A stretch of 64,000 bases of DNA from contig OX597816.1 of the NCBI GenBank assembly GCA_951406725.2, positions 180,730,001-180,794,000 on the forward strand. Reading direction: 5' to 3'. The stretch's first letter is position 1; each line of letters starts with the position of its first letter. Positions 39,415 through 53,568 of the stretch are shown here, piece by piece. The stretch comes from Octopus vulgaris (taxonomy: Eukaryota). The notes under the pieces are model-generated. The model did not search any database and was not told the DNA's origin. It worked only from the letters and a program-made list of their open reading frames with translations. The translations under genes were made by a program, and so were the position numbers.

Positions 39415-40927
39415 AGTACTTTATTCCCTTAATGAGTGAAGTATTAGATCTAAATATAAATTAATTTACTTATATAATAAGTTTAATGTATTGGTGAGGA
39501 TTTATTTGATATGTAATATATATTTGGTATAAGTGATATTGTAGTTTATGTTTTGTGGTGGTGTTTTGTATATAAATCAACACGGATTTGTATTAAATAT
39601 TTAGAATTAGATTTATTTTAGATGTTTATTTAATTAATAAATATGATTAAATTAATAAATATTAATTACATTATAGTTTTTTAGATTAACTTAAGTATAT
39701 TAAATTAGTGGTTAGAAAATTGAGACCGATTAAATTACTGTGTTTATATAGAATGGGTCCAGGGGTTGATTTGTTTGAATAAAGGCAAGACTCCAGCATA
39801 ACCATATTTATATGACTGAAACAAGTAAATTAGTATAAGGGTAATAGAGAATATAGAGTAAATTGTAGTTATATAAATTAGTTTAAGTATGTTGTGAATT
39901 TCAGTATATTTGTGTTTTATGTGTTTTCATAGTAATTTTAGAATTTTGAAGTTTCTAGTGAATGATATTTTACAGTTTTTGTGATTTTATTCTCTTTTAG
40001 TTGAAGTAAAAATATATTTTGTAGTTTTCATTGATAAAATGTATATTTCTATCTGTTTGTTCTGTTTATTTAAGCCACATCTTCTCGAGTAAATTTATAA
40101 ATGCTACATAATACGTTTTTTTGTTTTGAAATTTTTTAGTTCATAAAATATCTTCGGAAATATAAGTATGCAATTTATCTAAGAAATAATAATGTAATCT
40201 ATATGATTATTGATTGAAAAATATGGATTTCTAATTTTTTAAATTTGTTAATGATAATTTAGATACGTACATTTATTTAATTATTCTTCTTATTATAATT
40301 ATTATATGTGAACTTAAATCAAAAAGTATTAGTTTGGTTCTTTTGTGAATTAGATTGTAATGTAAAATTTTTTAGTATAGGTTGTGTAAAGTTTTTTATA
40401 TTTAGTACTATTGAATTTAATAATAATAATAAGTACTTTTTTCGCAAATAATTTTATAAACGATAAGTAATACATTTTTAGTTTTTGAATTTTTTATTTT
40501 TTATTTCATAAATATTTTCGGAATGATAAGTATAATATTTATTTAAGAAATAATGGAGTAATTTATTTATTTATATGTTTATTGATTGAAAAAATATGGA
40601 TTTCTAATTGCTTTATTTGTTAATTATAATTTAGATATGTACATTTATTTAATTTTATTATTTTATAATTATTATATGTGGACTACAATCTAAAAGTATT
40701 AAGTGTGATTGATTTGTAAAATAGTTTGTAATGTAAAATATTAGAGTATAGCTTGTGAAAAGATATGCTATAGTTTGTTAATGTTATTCTCAAAGTTAAA
40801 ATATATCTTCACAGATAAAATACATTTTTCTATCTATTTACTCAATTTTTTTACCTTAGGTTTTTAACATGATAAATGTATTATAGACCCTATAAATTTG
40901 GAGTTATACTCCCTAATATTATCATCA

Positions 40928-41034
<107 letters not shown>

Positions 41035-41329
41035 TGTTAGATATGATATCTGGGTACAAATATTGATCTTTTGAAATGTATTTTGAAAATCAGAAAGTTA
41101 TGAGGGTAAAGTTTCTGAAAATTAATCTGTCCAATTTATCTTTGTTTTCATTCAAGTGAGACCATAATCAACTGCTGTCTCTTTTGTGATGTCATGTAAC
41201 ATGTCTTTGAAACTTTATACATGTCTTCTATTTCTCAAGTTAGGCCTCAATTAATTGCTCTATTTTTTCATTTTGTCAAAGTCTCAATCCTTTTATTACC
41301 ACCTTTCTGTTTAAATACACTATCTTCTT

Positions 41330-42420
41330 CTTCTTCATCATCATCATCATCATCATCCTTTAGCATCCGTTTTTCATGCTAGCATGGGTTAGATGGTTTC
41401 ATTGGGACTGGTAAGCTGGAGAGCTGCACCAGGCTTTAGTCATCCATTTTGGCTTGGTTCCTACAGCTGGATGCCCTTCCTAATGCCAGCCACTTTACAG
41501 AAAGTACTGGGTGTTTTTTATGTGCCACCTGTACGGATAGCTTTTATGTGCCACTGGCACAGGCAGTAACCACGATTCACTTAGCTTGACATTTTGTCTC
41601 AAGCACAGCAAATCTCCAGAAGTCTTGGTCACTTGTCAATGCCTCTGTGGGGCTCAACAACTGAAGATCATAGTTCACTACTTTGTCCCACATCTTCCTG
41701 AGCCTACCTCTTCCACAGGTTCCCTCAACAGTTAGATCTTTATGCAATTGTCCTAATCCATATGCATCACATGACCATGCCAGTGCACACTACAAATGTT
41801 ATACCCAATTTTTCTCTTCAAACACACTGTCACAGATGCACACTGACATTGCACATCTATCAAAGCATGCTGGCTTCATTTCTTTCAAATCTTTACATGT
41901 CCTCTGCAGTCACAGCCCATGTTTCACTGCCATATTGTATGATTGTACATAGGCATCATACAATCTGCCTTTCACTCTGAGGGTGAGGCCTTTTGTTACC
42001 AACAATGGTAGAAGCTTTTTGAACTTTGCCTAGCCCATTCTTATTTCTGGCTGTTATGCTCTCAGAGCATCCTCCTCCACTGCTGACTTGGTAATGGAAG
42101 CTATTTATTACTTGTAAGTATCCCACTGAGCTTTTAGGCAAGTCTATTTTCTCTACATTTCTAGTGTTTGTTTTACCTGCACATCTGCCTCACACAAAGA
42201 CTACTTTATCTGTCAACCTACTTCTGATACTGCTGTACTTCTTATGCATCCATAGCTTGCACTGGGTTCACCTTATGGAGTTTCTACTTGTACCTTTTCT
42301 ACGTATCAAGCAGAGCCATCTCCCTGAAGGGATTTGTGTCTGTTTTCCTACTTACAGGGACGTTGATCTTGGCTAAATTAACTCTGAAGCCTTTTGATTC
42401 TAGACCTTGCTTCAACAAAG
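41330..42420 (-). mobile_element. RTE-clade LINE 3' end including the (GAT)n-tailed 3' UTR
   Basis: Degenerate RTE C-terminal motifs (SFHY..SGGGCSESITAR, GR.RKMWDKVV..DL) contiguous with the family-B tail. Confidence 0.8.
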
Positions 42421-43122
42421 AATTTAATAAATTGACTTTCTCATTATTAAGCTGGAGATGGGAATATAAATTAACATTGAAATTTGATGGAAGGTTTTTA
42501 ATTTAGATCCCTTTAAATAGGAAGTTTGTATCTAAGAAGCAAGGAGCAATCTCAAGCAGGTTGGCATCAAAAGGACTTAACAAATGTTTATCTTTCTTTC
42601 TTAGCTCAGGAGAGATTAAATCCAGCTGATTCATAAATCTTCACCTACACCAAATAAATAGAGAAATTACAATCTCCAACTAGCTTTAAAATTTGTCAAC
42701 ATACATTCCATTCAAAATCCATAATGATAATTTTTGGAATGATATTTTTGGAAGTTAGTGTAATCAAATTCCTAGGCTAGCTTCTTAACATTCTGAAAAT
42801 ATTTTTTTTGCTGTCATATCTTTCATTTTACTCATTCTCACAAAATAATGGATGAAGATGATGAGGATGATTTTGTGTGTGTGTGTGTGTGTGTGAGTAT
42901 CGAAACCATTAGTTGATTTTTGAAACTCAAGAGAAAGGTGACTAGTTTTGTAAGTACTATCATCTGAGTGTTTTGAAATATATATGTGCATACACGCACG
43001 CACACACACACACACACATCATGTATGTATATGGATGTGAATTTGAATGCAATTAGATGTGAAAGTATTTGTAATTAAAGGTATGATGAGATTTCATCAT
43101 TTCATGGGAGTTGTAGTATGTG

Positions 43123-43163
<41 letters not shown>

Positions 43164-43329
43164 TATATACTCACTTAAATAGATATAGATAGGTAACCAG
43201 ACAGACATGTCCATGAAAATGTGAAACAAGTGCTTGGATCAGATTATGTTTTCCTCTAAAAAATGTAAGATGAGTTACTTTATGTAGCTCTGTGTGCAGA
43301 TGTGTGTGTGTGTGTGTGTGTGTGTGCAG

Positions 43330-43364
<35 letters not shown>

Positions 43365-44339
43365 CGTGCGTGTGGTTTGTGGTTAATTACATTTCCTCTC
43401 AAAATGTTTCTCAATTTCGTCATTTTTATATCCTGATCTTTGGAGCTTAAACGTATGGGAATATTTATCTTCCAAAATTTTTCATTTTTTCGTTTATTTA
43501 TTCATGTATTTATTTTTCAGTTATTTACTCATATTTTTTCTTGTACATATTTGTGTCTATGACTGTTCAAAAGAAACTAGCACAATCCTCTACCTTGCTG
43601 ACTCCTGTAGAACTGTCCAACTCATGCTAGCATGGAAAGAGGGCATTAAATCATTTCCGCTTCCCATTTTATGATATATTTCTACATGTATTTGTGTGTA
43701 TGTTTGATGTGAACATTCACTGTGTCCATCTATATAATGCTCTTTCACTTGTTTCAGCTTTAAAGCTGCAGTCATGCCAGGGCATCACCATTGGCTGTGT
43801 TACACCTTCATTATTTGAAACTTCCTCTCATATGTGGCATTTGGTGAATGAGGGAGTTTGAAGCTGCTGGCCTCATCTGTGTTTCCTATCATGAGGTAGG
43901 CTCATCTGGAACCCTTGACAGTTTTGTTTTGAAGACACCTACATCTACACCATGCAGTTTTCTCAGGCATGTTGGAAGGATATATATTAGAAGAGCTGTG
44001 GGCCCTTGAAACCCAAGCTGTTGCAGTATCTGGTCCTGTATTTTGATGGTGGGAATTATGTGTATGAATTCATTTTGTGTGTGTGTGTGTGTGTATGATA
44101 CTTGTTTATTGTATGAGTTTGATGTGTGTATATCTATATCTGTGTCTATGTTTGAATTGCTTGTAGTTGAGTTTGTGTGTATCTGTATGTTTAAGGATTA
44201 TATATCTATTTGTGTGTGCTTGTATATAATTAATAGGCATACACCTTTGTGTATATATGCTTCATGTGAAAGCTTGATATCCATGTGTGTATATTTTGAT
44301 AGGAGTGTATTTGGGTATGAGTATTTACATTTGATGTAT

Positions 44340-44734
44340 ATCCTGTATTTTCAGGCATATAATGCACACGCAAATTTTCACAGACCTAATCTACAAAAAA
44401 AAAAACCAAAAAAAAAAACCAAAAAAAAAAAACTGCGGCTAACCCAGAATCCCCAAGCTAACTGTCTCTCATACATTATCATGTATAGGAACCATGAAAA
44501 TTTAGACTAACCCTTTGGTAAATTTAGACTAACCCTTTGGTAGGTTAATTTACAATACTAACCTTAACACTACCAAATGTCACCACTGACCTCCACTCTC
44601 ATCAGTATTATGCATTGTTAATAGTACAAACTAAGTCTAACGAAGCCTGACCTTTAGCATATAAGATGCAGGGTCAGTTTTGGGGAGAATATTTTGGAAA
44701 AAAAAGTACACTTTGTAGTCTGGAAAATACAGTA
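44340..44734. mobile_element. Tc2/pogo-like MITE remnant
   Basis: ctgtattttcaggcatataa / ttgtagtctggaaaatacagta diverged TIRs; internal 22-bp tandem duplication at 44498-44541. Confidence 0.45.
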
Positions 44735-46149
44735 TGTGTTTGTTTAATATCCTTGTATGCTGGCTATATAATTTACAAAACAGTGGGGAAGGAAGTATAT
44801 ACACGATGCACTACTGTTACTCACTGCTCTATATGAAAGGCTCACTGTGAGCCGCTACCAACAAAAACTGCCACAGTTCCTTGTTTTATGACAATGAGTC
44901 AGTCCACCTTTAGTCACTTGGTGGGTGGTCAGAACCCTTCCACAACAGTTTGATAAATGTTTTATTGCATGAAGTGGCAGTATAAAGTTCAAAGAATACT
45001 GAGGGACTTATGGAAACCTTGGGGGTAAAGTCAGAGTAGATCTTATAATGTTACAGGTTAGTTAGTGTTAACATATTTAAGACATGGATCACTAAAATGC
45101 TAACTAGAATTAAATATAAGATAACAAGATAACAAATAATATTTTCAATGTTTTTCAGTAAGTTAGGAGACAACTTTACACATGTTTCAGTTTTATTCTG
45201 ACTTCATCAACAACAAAGTAAAGCCTCCACCATACTTTGCAAAGAAATGATGAAAGAATTACTACATAAATATACAAGATTGTGCATTCTTTGGTGTAGA
45301 ATAATATAATTGTTAGACTTAAGAATTAGAGTTTCACTGAGAAATAATTGAAAAAAATTTAACTTTGAATTTCTTTTTCTATTTTACATAATCATAATCT
45401 CTCACATGGAAATAAAAGAAAATTCTAAATAAACTGAAAATTAAAAAAGTAAGATGCCTTTTTCAATTTCACCCATATAATGTATAGATATTACATTTCC
45501 TTTCTTAGAATTCTAAATGAAAAAAAAATCTCTCACAAATAATCTAAATATATTTGAAATAATAATTTTAAACAGAATTACTCAACTAGTTAACCAACAA
45601 GTAAGTGCTTAATTAACCAAGAAATGTCTGGTAACCTTCTAGATATGGTGAAGTAAACAAAATAAAATTTGGTAAGTAGAATCTTTATCTCCATATCTGC
45701 TTACCTGGATTCCTCTTATAGTTACTCTTTACTTCACGGACTTAATCCGTGGTAAAGATATCGGAATGTAAGTTCAAATCATTTGAGCACTACTAAATGT
45801 TTTCAATATTGAGCATCTCAGGATCTCATCTGTTGACTCTATGTTTGTTAAGTGTTAATATTATTTTCAGATATAAGAGAGAGAGCAACATTGCCATCCT
45901 ATAATATAGTCTTCAAAAATAAATTTAACACAAGCTACAAAAAAAAAAAAAAAATTCAGAAATAGGTACAGGCATGGCTGTGCTAAGAAGCTTGCTTTCC
46001 AACCACATGTTTCCAGGTTCAGTTCCACTGAGTGGCACCTTGAGCAATTTTTTTCCACTATAGTCTAGGGCCAATCAAAGCCTTGTGAATGGATTTGGAA
46101 GACGGAAACTGAAAGAAGCTCATTGAATATATATATAGCTATAGATTAT

Positions 46150-46310
<161 letters not shown>

Positions 46311-46373
46311 GTGATCACGTGTGTATCATTGGCGATTTTCTTTCTCCGTCTTCCTTTCTTTGGATTTTTCTAT

Positions 46374-46408
46374 ATTTCTGACGAAGAGCTCCGCTCGAAA
46401 CGTGAAAT
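46374..46408 (+). ncRNA. Minimal hammerhead ribozyme motif with mutated cleavage triplet
   Basis: AUUU-CUGACGA-A-GAGC(ucc)GCUC-GAAAC-GUG-AAAU. Confidence 0.55.
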
Positions 46409-46528
46409 CCTCTTTCTTTTCTTTCTTTTCCTGAGCATCCAATAACACTATACTTATTCCACATCCTTGTGTTTTTGTTTTTTCTTGCTTGTTCATGTTT
46501 TAATTGACTATATATATATGTATGTATA

Positions 46529-47795
46529 CAGGGTGTGTAAGGTATTTGAGGACATACCATTTTTGGATCATTGCTGTATGTTTTGCTAACTTTCTATAAT
46601 CTTTGCTTCAGAAAATAATAATGGCAGACCCTCAGCTTACTCAAGAAATGAAGAGGCATGCTGTTATTGTGGTTATAAAGGCTGAGCATAGCGATTTAAA
46701 ACTATCTTGATTTTTAAAAGTTGCCAGATCTTTCATCTACAAAGTTTGTAAGGAGTTAGAGACTGAAGATGGAAATGTATCACCAGTATCAAAGCATAAA
46801 AAGCATTCCAAATGCTCTGAAATCATTAGAACACCTGAATTTATCCAGCAAGTTCAACAGACCATTGATTACAATCCTAGAAAGTCCATGAGGTCAATTG
46901 CAAAAGATCTCCATGTGTCAGAAGGAACAGTCAGAAATGTTGTCCACAAAGACATCAGATATAAGACTTATAAGATGAGGAAAGGTCAGTTTGTCCGAAA
47001 AAGCAAAAGAAAATCACTTCATCAGATCTAAAAGGTTCTTAAACAAACTGAAAAATCCAGCAGAAGAAGATTTGATTTGGTTTTTCTCAAACAAGAAAAA
47101 CATCAACTAAGATCAAAAAGTTAACAGAAGAAATAACAGATGGTTGTGTGCAGACCCTTCTGAAGTTCCAAGTGTTATGCATACAAAATTTCCTACAACT
47201 GTCATGGTTTTAAGGGTTGTCAGCAATGAAGGACATGTGATGCCTCTTTACTTCTTTCCACAAAGAGTTAACTCTGCCACCTACATTGAGGTCCTGGAAA
47301 CAATTGTTTAGCCCTGGATAGACAGTGTATGCAATGGAAGACCATATGTGTCTCAGTAAGACTTTGCACTATCACACATGGCTCTAGTAACACAGGGACG
47401 GATAGATGAAAATTTTCATGATCACATAACCCCTAACATTTGGGCTCCTAATTCCCCAGATCTCAATCCACTGGACCATTACATGTAGAGCATTGCTGAG
47501 AGAGAGGTCAGTGAACATGCCCATAACACCAGAGATTCTTTAAAAGCTGCCATAGTCAGAGTAATGTCCAAAATGAACCAGGACCACTTGATTCAAGCAT
47601 GTAGATGATTTAGATCTCATATAGAAGCAGTTGTTGAAGCTGAAGGTGGCTTTATTGAATAACATTATAGAAAAGAAGGTTTATTTTTATCCTCAGAGCA
47701 TCTTTTGATAAATAAAGTTATTATCTGCTTTTATATATCTGGTTTTTTTTTTTATTAACATAAATCTGTTCTGAAACATCTTCTTACGTACCCTG
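46529..47795 (+). mobile_element. Full-length maT (DD37D) Tc1/mariner transposon, inactive
   Basis: TA TSDs, CAGGGT...ACCCTG TIRs; transposase pseudogene 46621-47662 with exactly 37 residues between D(FALSH) and (SPDLNPL)D; several stops. Confidence 0.9.
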
Positions 47796-48347
47796 TATAT
47801 ATATATGTGTGTGTGTGTTTTGTGTCTCTCTTTCCGCCTCCTGCTTGACAACTGGTGTTGGTATATTTACATTCCTGTAACTAAGCGGTTCAGCAAAAAA
47901 GACCGACAGAATAAGTACCAGGCTTAAAAACGAATAAACACTGGGGTCAATTCGTTCAGCTAAAACATTCTCCAAGGCAGTGCCCCAGCATGGCCACACT
48001 CTAATGACTGAAACAAGTAAAAGATACAATATATTTACTTTTGTATTTGAAAATAGAGAGAACTTTTAAATGATTTCTGGTTTAGTGTAAGTTCCTTTGC
48101 TCCCTGTTCTTTTGTTGAAAAAATTTAAGCTAGAGTCTGTTGACATATTAAGGAACAGCTTCTCAAATTGTTGGTGACATGTATTGGAGTATTTTTGCTG
48201 ATGACCTTTATGTATTAAGTCTAAATTGGTGACTATGAAAGTAGTCCCTACAATCTCTCCCTACCTCTCTCTCTCTCTCACCCTTTCTCTGTCTTGTAAT
48301 CTCTCTCTCTCACTCTCTGTCATACACACACAAACACACACACAGAA

Positions 48348-48348
<1 letters not shown>

Positions 48349-48414
<66 letters not shown>
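48349..48414. repeat. (GA)n microsatellite
   Basis: Directly visible. Confidence 0.95.
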
Positions 48415-48418
<4 letters not shown>

Positions 48419-48899
48419 ACAGACACACATGCAGACAGAAGGGATCAGAAAAGTAACAGTAAGAGAGATCTGGCAGCAATTAAGGGTCCTAGAATTCAAC
48501 GGCTTACATGTTGGATGGAATTACACAGAAAGGATTTCGAAAGATTAGCAGATTCTTTTTAATGATAGACTTTTCTTGCTTTTATTTTTAGTCCTGTTTT
48601 TTTCTTTCTTTTCAAGGTAATTAAAGGAGGAGGGTAGTGTCCACGACCTTTGCAGATTCTCCCAGAACTGGTGAGGACAGTGCTGTTGATATTCAGGCTG
48701 AAGATCTTGTAGCTTTGTCTCAAAGAAAAATGTGAAGTGGGAGGGATTCAAAAAGGGGGTTCTACTGTTCTAGAGAGGAAAGCCCAAATAAAGCATTTAG
48801 CACAGAAGATGGGTGTATGATTAAGAGGAGGGAAAGAGATGCGTGAGCCTTTGTGAAGTGGGTATGTAGCTAGCAGGCTCAGAGAAGGTTATTATTTAA

Positions 48900-49750
48900 C
48901 CTTAAAGCCAGCCCTGGAGACAGCAACATCACATGGCAAGAAATCAAGTCACTTTAATGAGAACTTGAAAGTACACTTTTAATTACTCTCACTCCTCTTA
49001 GCTGTAGCTCATGCTGTTGGAGTGGCCAAAAGAGTTTTAGTAAAGAGCTTTTTTAATGACACCACATTTTGAACTTATTCTACCAAGTCCCACTTCACAC
49101 TGACAGTGAGTGTCTCTGCCATAATTTGGCCTTAATCTCAGCAACACAAAAAGCATTGTTTAAAAATATAATACAGCTTAATCTCTACTTATGATTTCCA
49201 GCACTCTCACTGTGAGGAGCTGCTGTTTTCCAGTTAGAAACTAGAATTCCTTAACCAACTTCTCTATTACAGACAGACTGTAAATCTTTTTGGTCTTAGC
49301 GCTTTTCTACTCTCAGAGACATGGTATCCATGAAAAGAAAGCTCATAGCAAAAGTAGTAAAACGTGTCTTCTGCCCTTTGTTTCTAATGAGTAGTCTATT
49401 TCCCTTCTCATTATCATCTCAATTGCCATGACAAAACAAGGTGGATAAATGGTTGAAACTATCATGATGCCTATCTTTAACCAATTGGTCATAAACAGTT
49501 TGGTGATAAACTGCAAGTAACAGACCTTGGATCCACATATTTAAAAATACTCTGGAATGAAAAATCAGCATATTAGTGGGTAGGGAACAAATCCATATGC
49601 ATTTTTCAAGTCAAACCAGATGATCTAAAGGTTATTCATGCTTTCTAAGCAAACTGAATTGTGTTTCAAACTATCTGACCATGCTTGAGGTGTCCTGGAA
49701 ATTCCATCTTTCTAAACCAATATTTGTCTCTTTCTTCCTTCAGTTAGTTG
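48900..49750 (-). mobile_element. HERO/RLE-type non-LTR retrotransposon remnant
   Basis: IWFDLKNAYGFVPYPLI, GIMIVSTIYPPCFVMAIEMIM and FLFMD resemble R2/NeSL/HERO RT motifs. Confidence 0.55.
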
Positions 49751-50079
49751 CAGCTCACCAAATCTAGTTCGGCATGACTAATGAATAAACAATGTTAATA
49801 TACTTACTGTTTTAGATGTCAATCATTTCAATTGGTTTTGTAGCATCATACAGAGATCTCTATCGACATATACCAGATCCTGGACATCATTGACTCTGGG
49901 CCATTTTTTGTTACTTTGATGGGTTTGATGGTGGAGGTTCAGCAACATAAACAGCTACTAGATTATTGAACATTACAGAGTTCTGCCTGAATTTTGACTT
50001 ATATTCACTTGACTCACTTTGTTGTGTAGTGCCACACTATATTTTTGTACACTGGACTTTATCTATTAAATACATGTTA

Positions 50080-50418
50080 GGGTAAAGACGCCCTTCAATC
50101 ATGAATGACCATGGGCTCTGCACCAAGAAAGTTACCCTATGTGGCACAAATCCAGTCAAGGTTGTTTATGGAAGATCAGCAGATGCCCATGCATACCAGC
50201 CTCCCACCTCTACACCACTGATGTTATCCAAGGGAAAGGCAAAGGCTGATACAGTTTGGCACCAGTGACGTTGCAACTCATTTCCACAGCTGAGTGAACT
50301 GGAGCAACGTGAAATAAAGTGTCTTGCTGAAGAACACAACACTGCATGGTCCAGGATTCGAACTCACTACCTCATGATTGTGAGCCCGACACTCTAAACC
50401 TTAAGCCATGTGCCTTCA
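50080..50418 (-). mobile_element. tRNA-derived SINE family D, full length
   Basis: Minus-strand head tgaaggcacatggcttaagg..agagtgtcgggctcacaatcatgaggtagtgagttcgaatcc; related heads at 61590-61715(-), 63304-63450(+) and 8900-8995(-). Confidence 0.8.
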
Positions 50419-50887
50419 TATATATAAATGTACGTATATTTAGTGTATGCATATAAACTAAAATAGCTACAATACTAATTTCTAACTTTAGTAAAATTAC
50501 ATTCATTTGTGAGGATAGAGAAAAGAGTACAGTTGCTAAAAATCAACCCCAGTACTTGTACTTGAATTTTTGGGGCTCTGCAGACCAAAAAGAAAAGTTG
50601 AACTAATTTAATGTCATTAAAATTTTGTGCTGCCCTGGCAAATGTTTTCTGTGAATCTAAAAGAACAAGGTGGTAATTAACCAAACATCTTTATCTTTTC
50701 CTTCCCTGCTCTGGCCACCCACACAATCTTCAATCATTCAAAAACAGATTGGACAATATGTCCTAACCAGAACCCTGTGCTCCACACATCTGATAACAGT
50801 TTGGTATAGCGTGCGAAAAAATCCCAGAATAGATGTGGCAATAACATAAACACCTCGTCCTAACTGTACAATATGTATATATATATA

Positions 50888-51300
50888 TAGGTGCAGGAGT
50901 TGCTGTGTGGTAAGTAGCTTGCTAACCAACAACATGGTTCCGGGTTCAGTCCCACTGCATGGCATCTTGGGCAAGTGTCTTCTGCTATAGCCCCGGGCCG
51001 ACCAATGCCTTGTGAGTGGATTTGGTAGACGGAAACTGAAAGAAGCCTGTCGTATATATCTATATATATAAGTGTGTGTGTGTATGTGTTTGTGTGTCTG
51101 TGTTTGTCCCCCTAGCATTGCTTGACAACCGATGCTGGTGTGTTTATGTCCCCGTCACTTAGCAATTCGGCAAAAGAGACCGATAGAATAAGTACTGGGC
51201 TTACAAAGAATAAGTCCCAGGGTCGATTTGCTCGACTAAAGGCGGTGCTCCAGCATGGCCGCAGTCAAATGACTGAAACAAGTAAAAGAGTAAAAGAGTA
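50888..51300 (+). mobile_element. SINE family A, full length
   Basis: tRNA-like head, internal microsatellite, tail gtaaaagagtaaaagag. Confidence 0.92.
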
Positions 51301-51391
51301 TATAATGAAGCACTGCATATGTCAGGTATAAAACTTATCATTTGAGCTGCATGTTCAACAAGCTACCTCTGTCCTCTGTACCATAGCAATC

Positions 51392-51428
<37 letters not shown>

Positions 51429-51744
51429 GAGAGGGAGAGAAGAGAGAGAAGTATTCAACAAAAGCACTTAATTTAGGAACTTGAATAAGCTGAGTATCTA
51501 TTTTCTCCTTAGCTCTGAGTATCTCCTTGGTAATTTGTAGCCAGCCTCGCCTGGCACCTGTGCCGGTGGCACGTAAAAAGCACCCACTACACTCACGGAG
51601 TGGTTGCCGTTAGGAAGGGCATCCAGCTGTAGAAACACTGCCAGATCGAGACTGGAGCCTGGTGCAGCCTTCTGGCTTCCCAGATCCCCGGTCGAACCGT
51701 CCAACCCATGTTAGCATGGAGAACGGACGTTAAACGACGATGAT

Positions 51745-52480
51745 TCAGTTTCATGGCTAGCCTCTTTGTTAGGAATTATTGGAGTAATCCCTCTGTCTTC
51801 CCTAAGCATTCTCCTTATTCAGCAATCTCTCATGATTATATTTCTGTGCATCTTTTTGGTCAGTGTCAGTGAGGACAAGTGCGTTATCATTACATACATA
51901 CTTCTTACCAACAACATTAAATGCATTTCAGGATACCTTACACTCTTGATTCTCACATTGCAGATCGGCAGACATCATACTTTCCACTCTCCTCTTTGCC
52001 AAATATACACCGCTTTTAATCTCTGATATTGTTCCTTCCTCCTTCATTTCTTCTATTCTTTTCAGGTTTTATCTTCTGTATCGATTCCATCAATTCTGGC
52101 CAGAACCTGGCTCCATCCAGATCTAGTCTATGGCTCCCAGGAGGTTGTCTTATAGAAACTACCAGTTATCTTCTATTCTATAGCCCTTTATCTTACCTTT
52201 TTACTCTACATACATGTCCATCTGATAAATCTATCAGCTTCCTTACCTTTTTGGGGGAAGATTGTCTTGTTTCTGGCACTTATTCTGAGATCATTAATCA
52301 CCAGCTTATGTCGTCAAGTACATTCTTCACTGGAGTAATATTCACAGTTGGCTGTCTATCTTCCTGTACACAACATAAATCTATTCACCTGTGCTCAAGC
52401 ATCTCTACAGTTTCAACACACCCACCTTTTATCATTCCAACATTGATGGCTGCAGTCTTGTACGTATATCATTGCCATCA
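51745..52480 (-). mobile_element. Degenerate RTE APE/ORF fragment
   Basis: INVGMIKG..VETVEMLEHR*IDLCCVQE at 52355-52460 (APE N-terminus). Confidence 0.6.
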
Positions 52481-53274
52481 TTGTCGTTGATAACATCATC
52501 ATCATTTAATGTCTGTTTTCCATGCTGGCATGGGTTGGACAGTTTGATTGGGTCTAATGAGCTGCAGAGCTATGTCAGGCCCCAATGTAAGCTTAGGCAT
52601 GGTTTCTACAGCTGGATGCCCTTCCTAATACCAACCACTTTACATTGTGTACCAGGTGCTTTTTTCATGACACTTGCATGAGTGAGATTGCCAAGTAATT
52701 TGCAAGACAAAGTAAATACAGGAAAAGGGGAAAAATTTCTTGTGTCTAAGCGGTAGTTTATTTGAGAGAAGGGGAGATGGTTTAATGCCAGGTGTTGGAG
52801 GTTAAAGTATGATAGAGGGACACGTACAAATGTCTTGCTATAGAGGGAATATATAGTTTCACTGCATTATGCAAAGGTGAGTGAGAGTAGCTTGAAGGGA
52901 GACAGAGAGTAGTTGTTAGCTGGCCGAGTGTACGTACAAGGTATAAGAAAGTGAGTACAAGGGAGAATATAGACTGTGGATCAGGAGGGAAAGAAAGAGT
53001 GGATAAGAATGACAGATGGATAGCAAGCGGGGTTAGAGGTGGATGTGGTGAATGACAAATGAGAGTGAAAGTGTGGTTAATGGTAAGTTAAGCACACATA
53101 GTGGGAGAAGAGAGAGAGACAGAAGTGGCCCAGGAAGCAGAAAGTAACAAGAAATCAGGTGAGGAGGTGTTAGAGAACAGGTGTGACCAGATCAGAGAAT
53201 AGGGAGATGTACAGGGTTTGGGTAAATAGAAAACAGGTTTTCTTCAAATATTATATTGAAAACAATTTTATAAA

Positions 53275-53499
53275 AATCTTTTACTTGTTTCAGTCATTAG
53301 ATTGCAGTCATATTGGGGAATTGCCTTGAAGAATTTTTAGCTGAATTAGCTGACTCTTTTTTTTTTCTTTTTTTTAAGCCTGGTACCTATTCTGCTGGTT
53401 TCTTTTGCTGAACTGCTAACTTATGGGAACATAAACACACCAACACCGGTTGTCTAGCAGTGGAGGGGGCGACAAACACTAACATGAAGATACACACAG

Positions 53500-53568
<69 letters not shown>

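Noticed and set aside
45699-45840. Strong minus-strand donor CAG|GTAAGC
   Set aside because: Stops in all three frames nearby and no clear acceptor or promoter; cannot support an exon.
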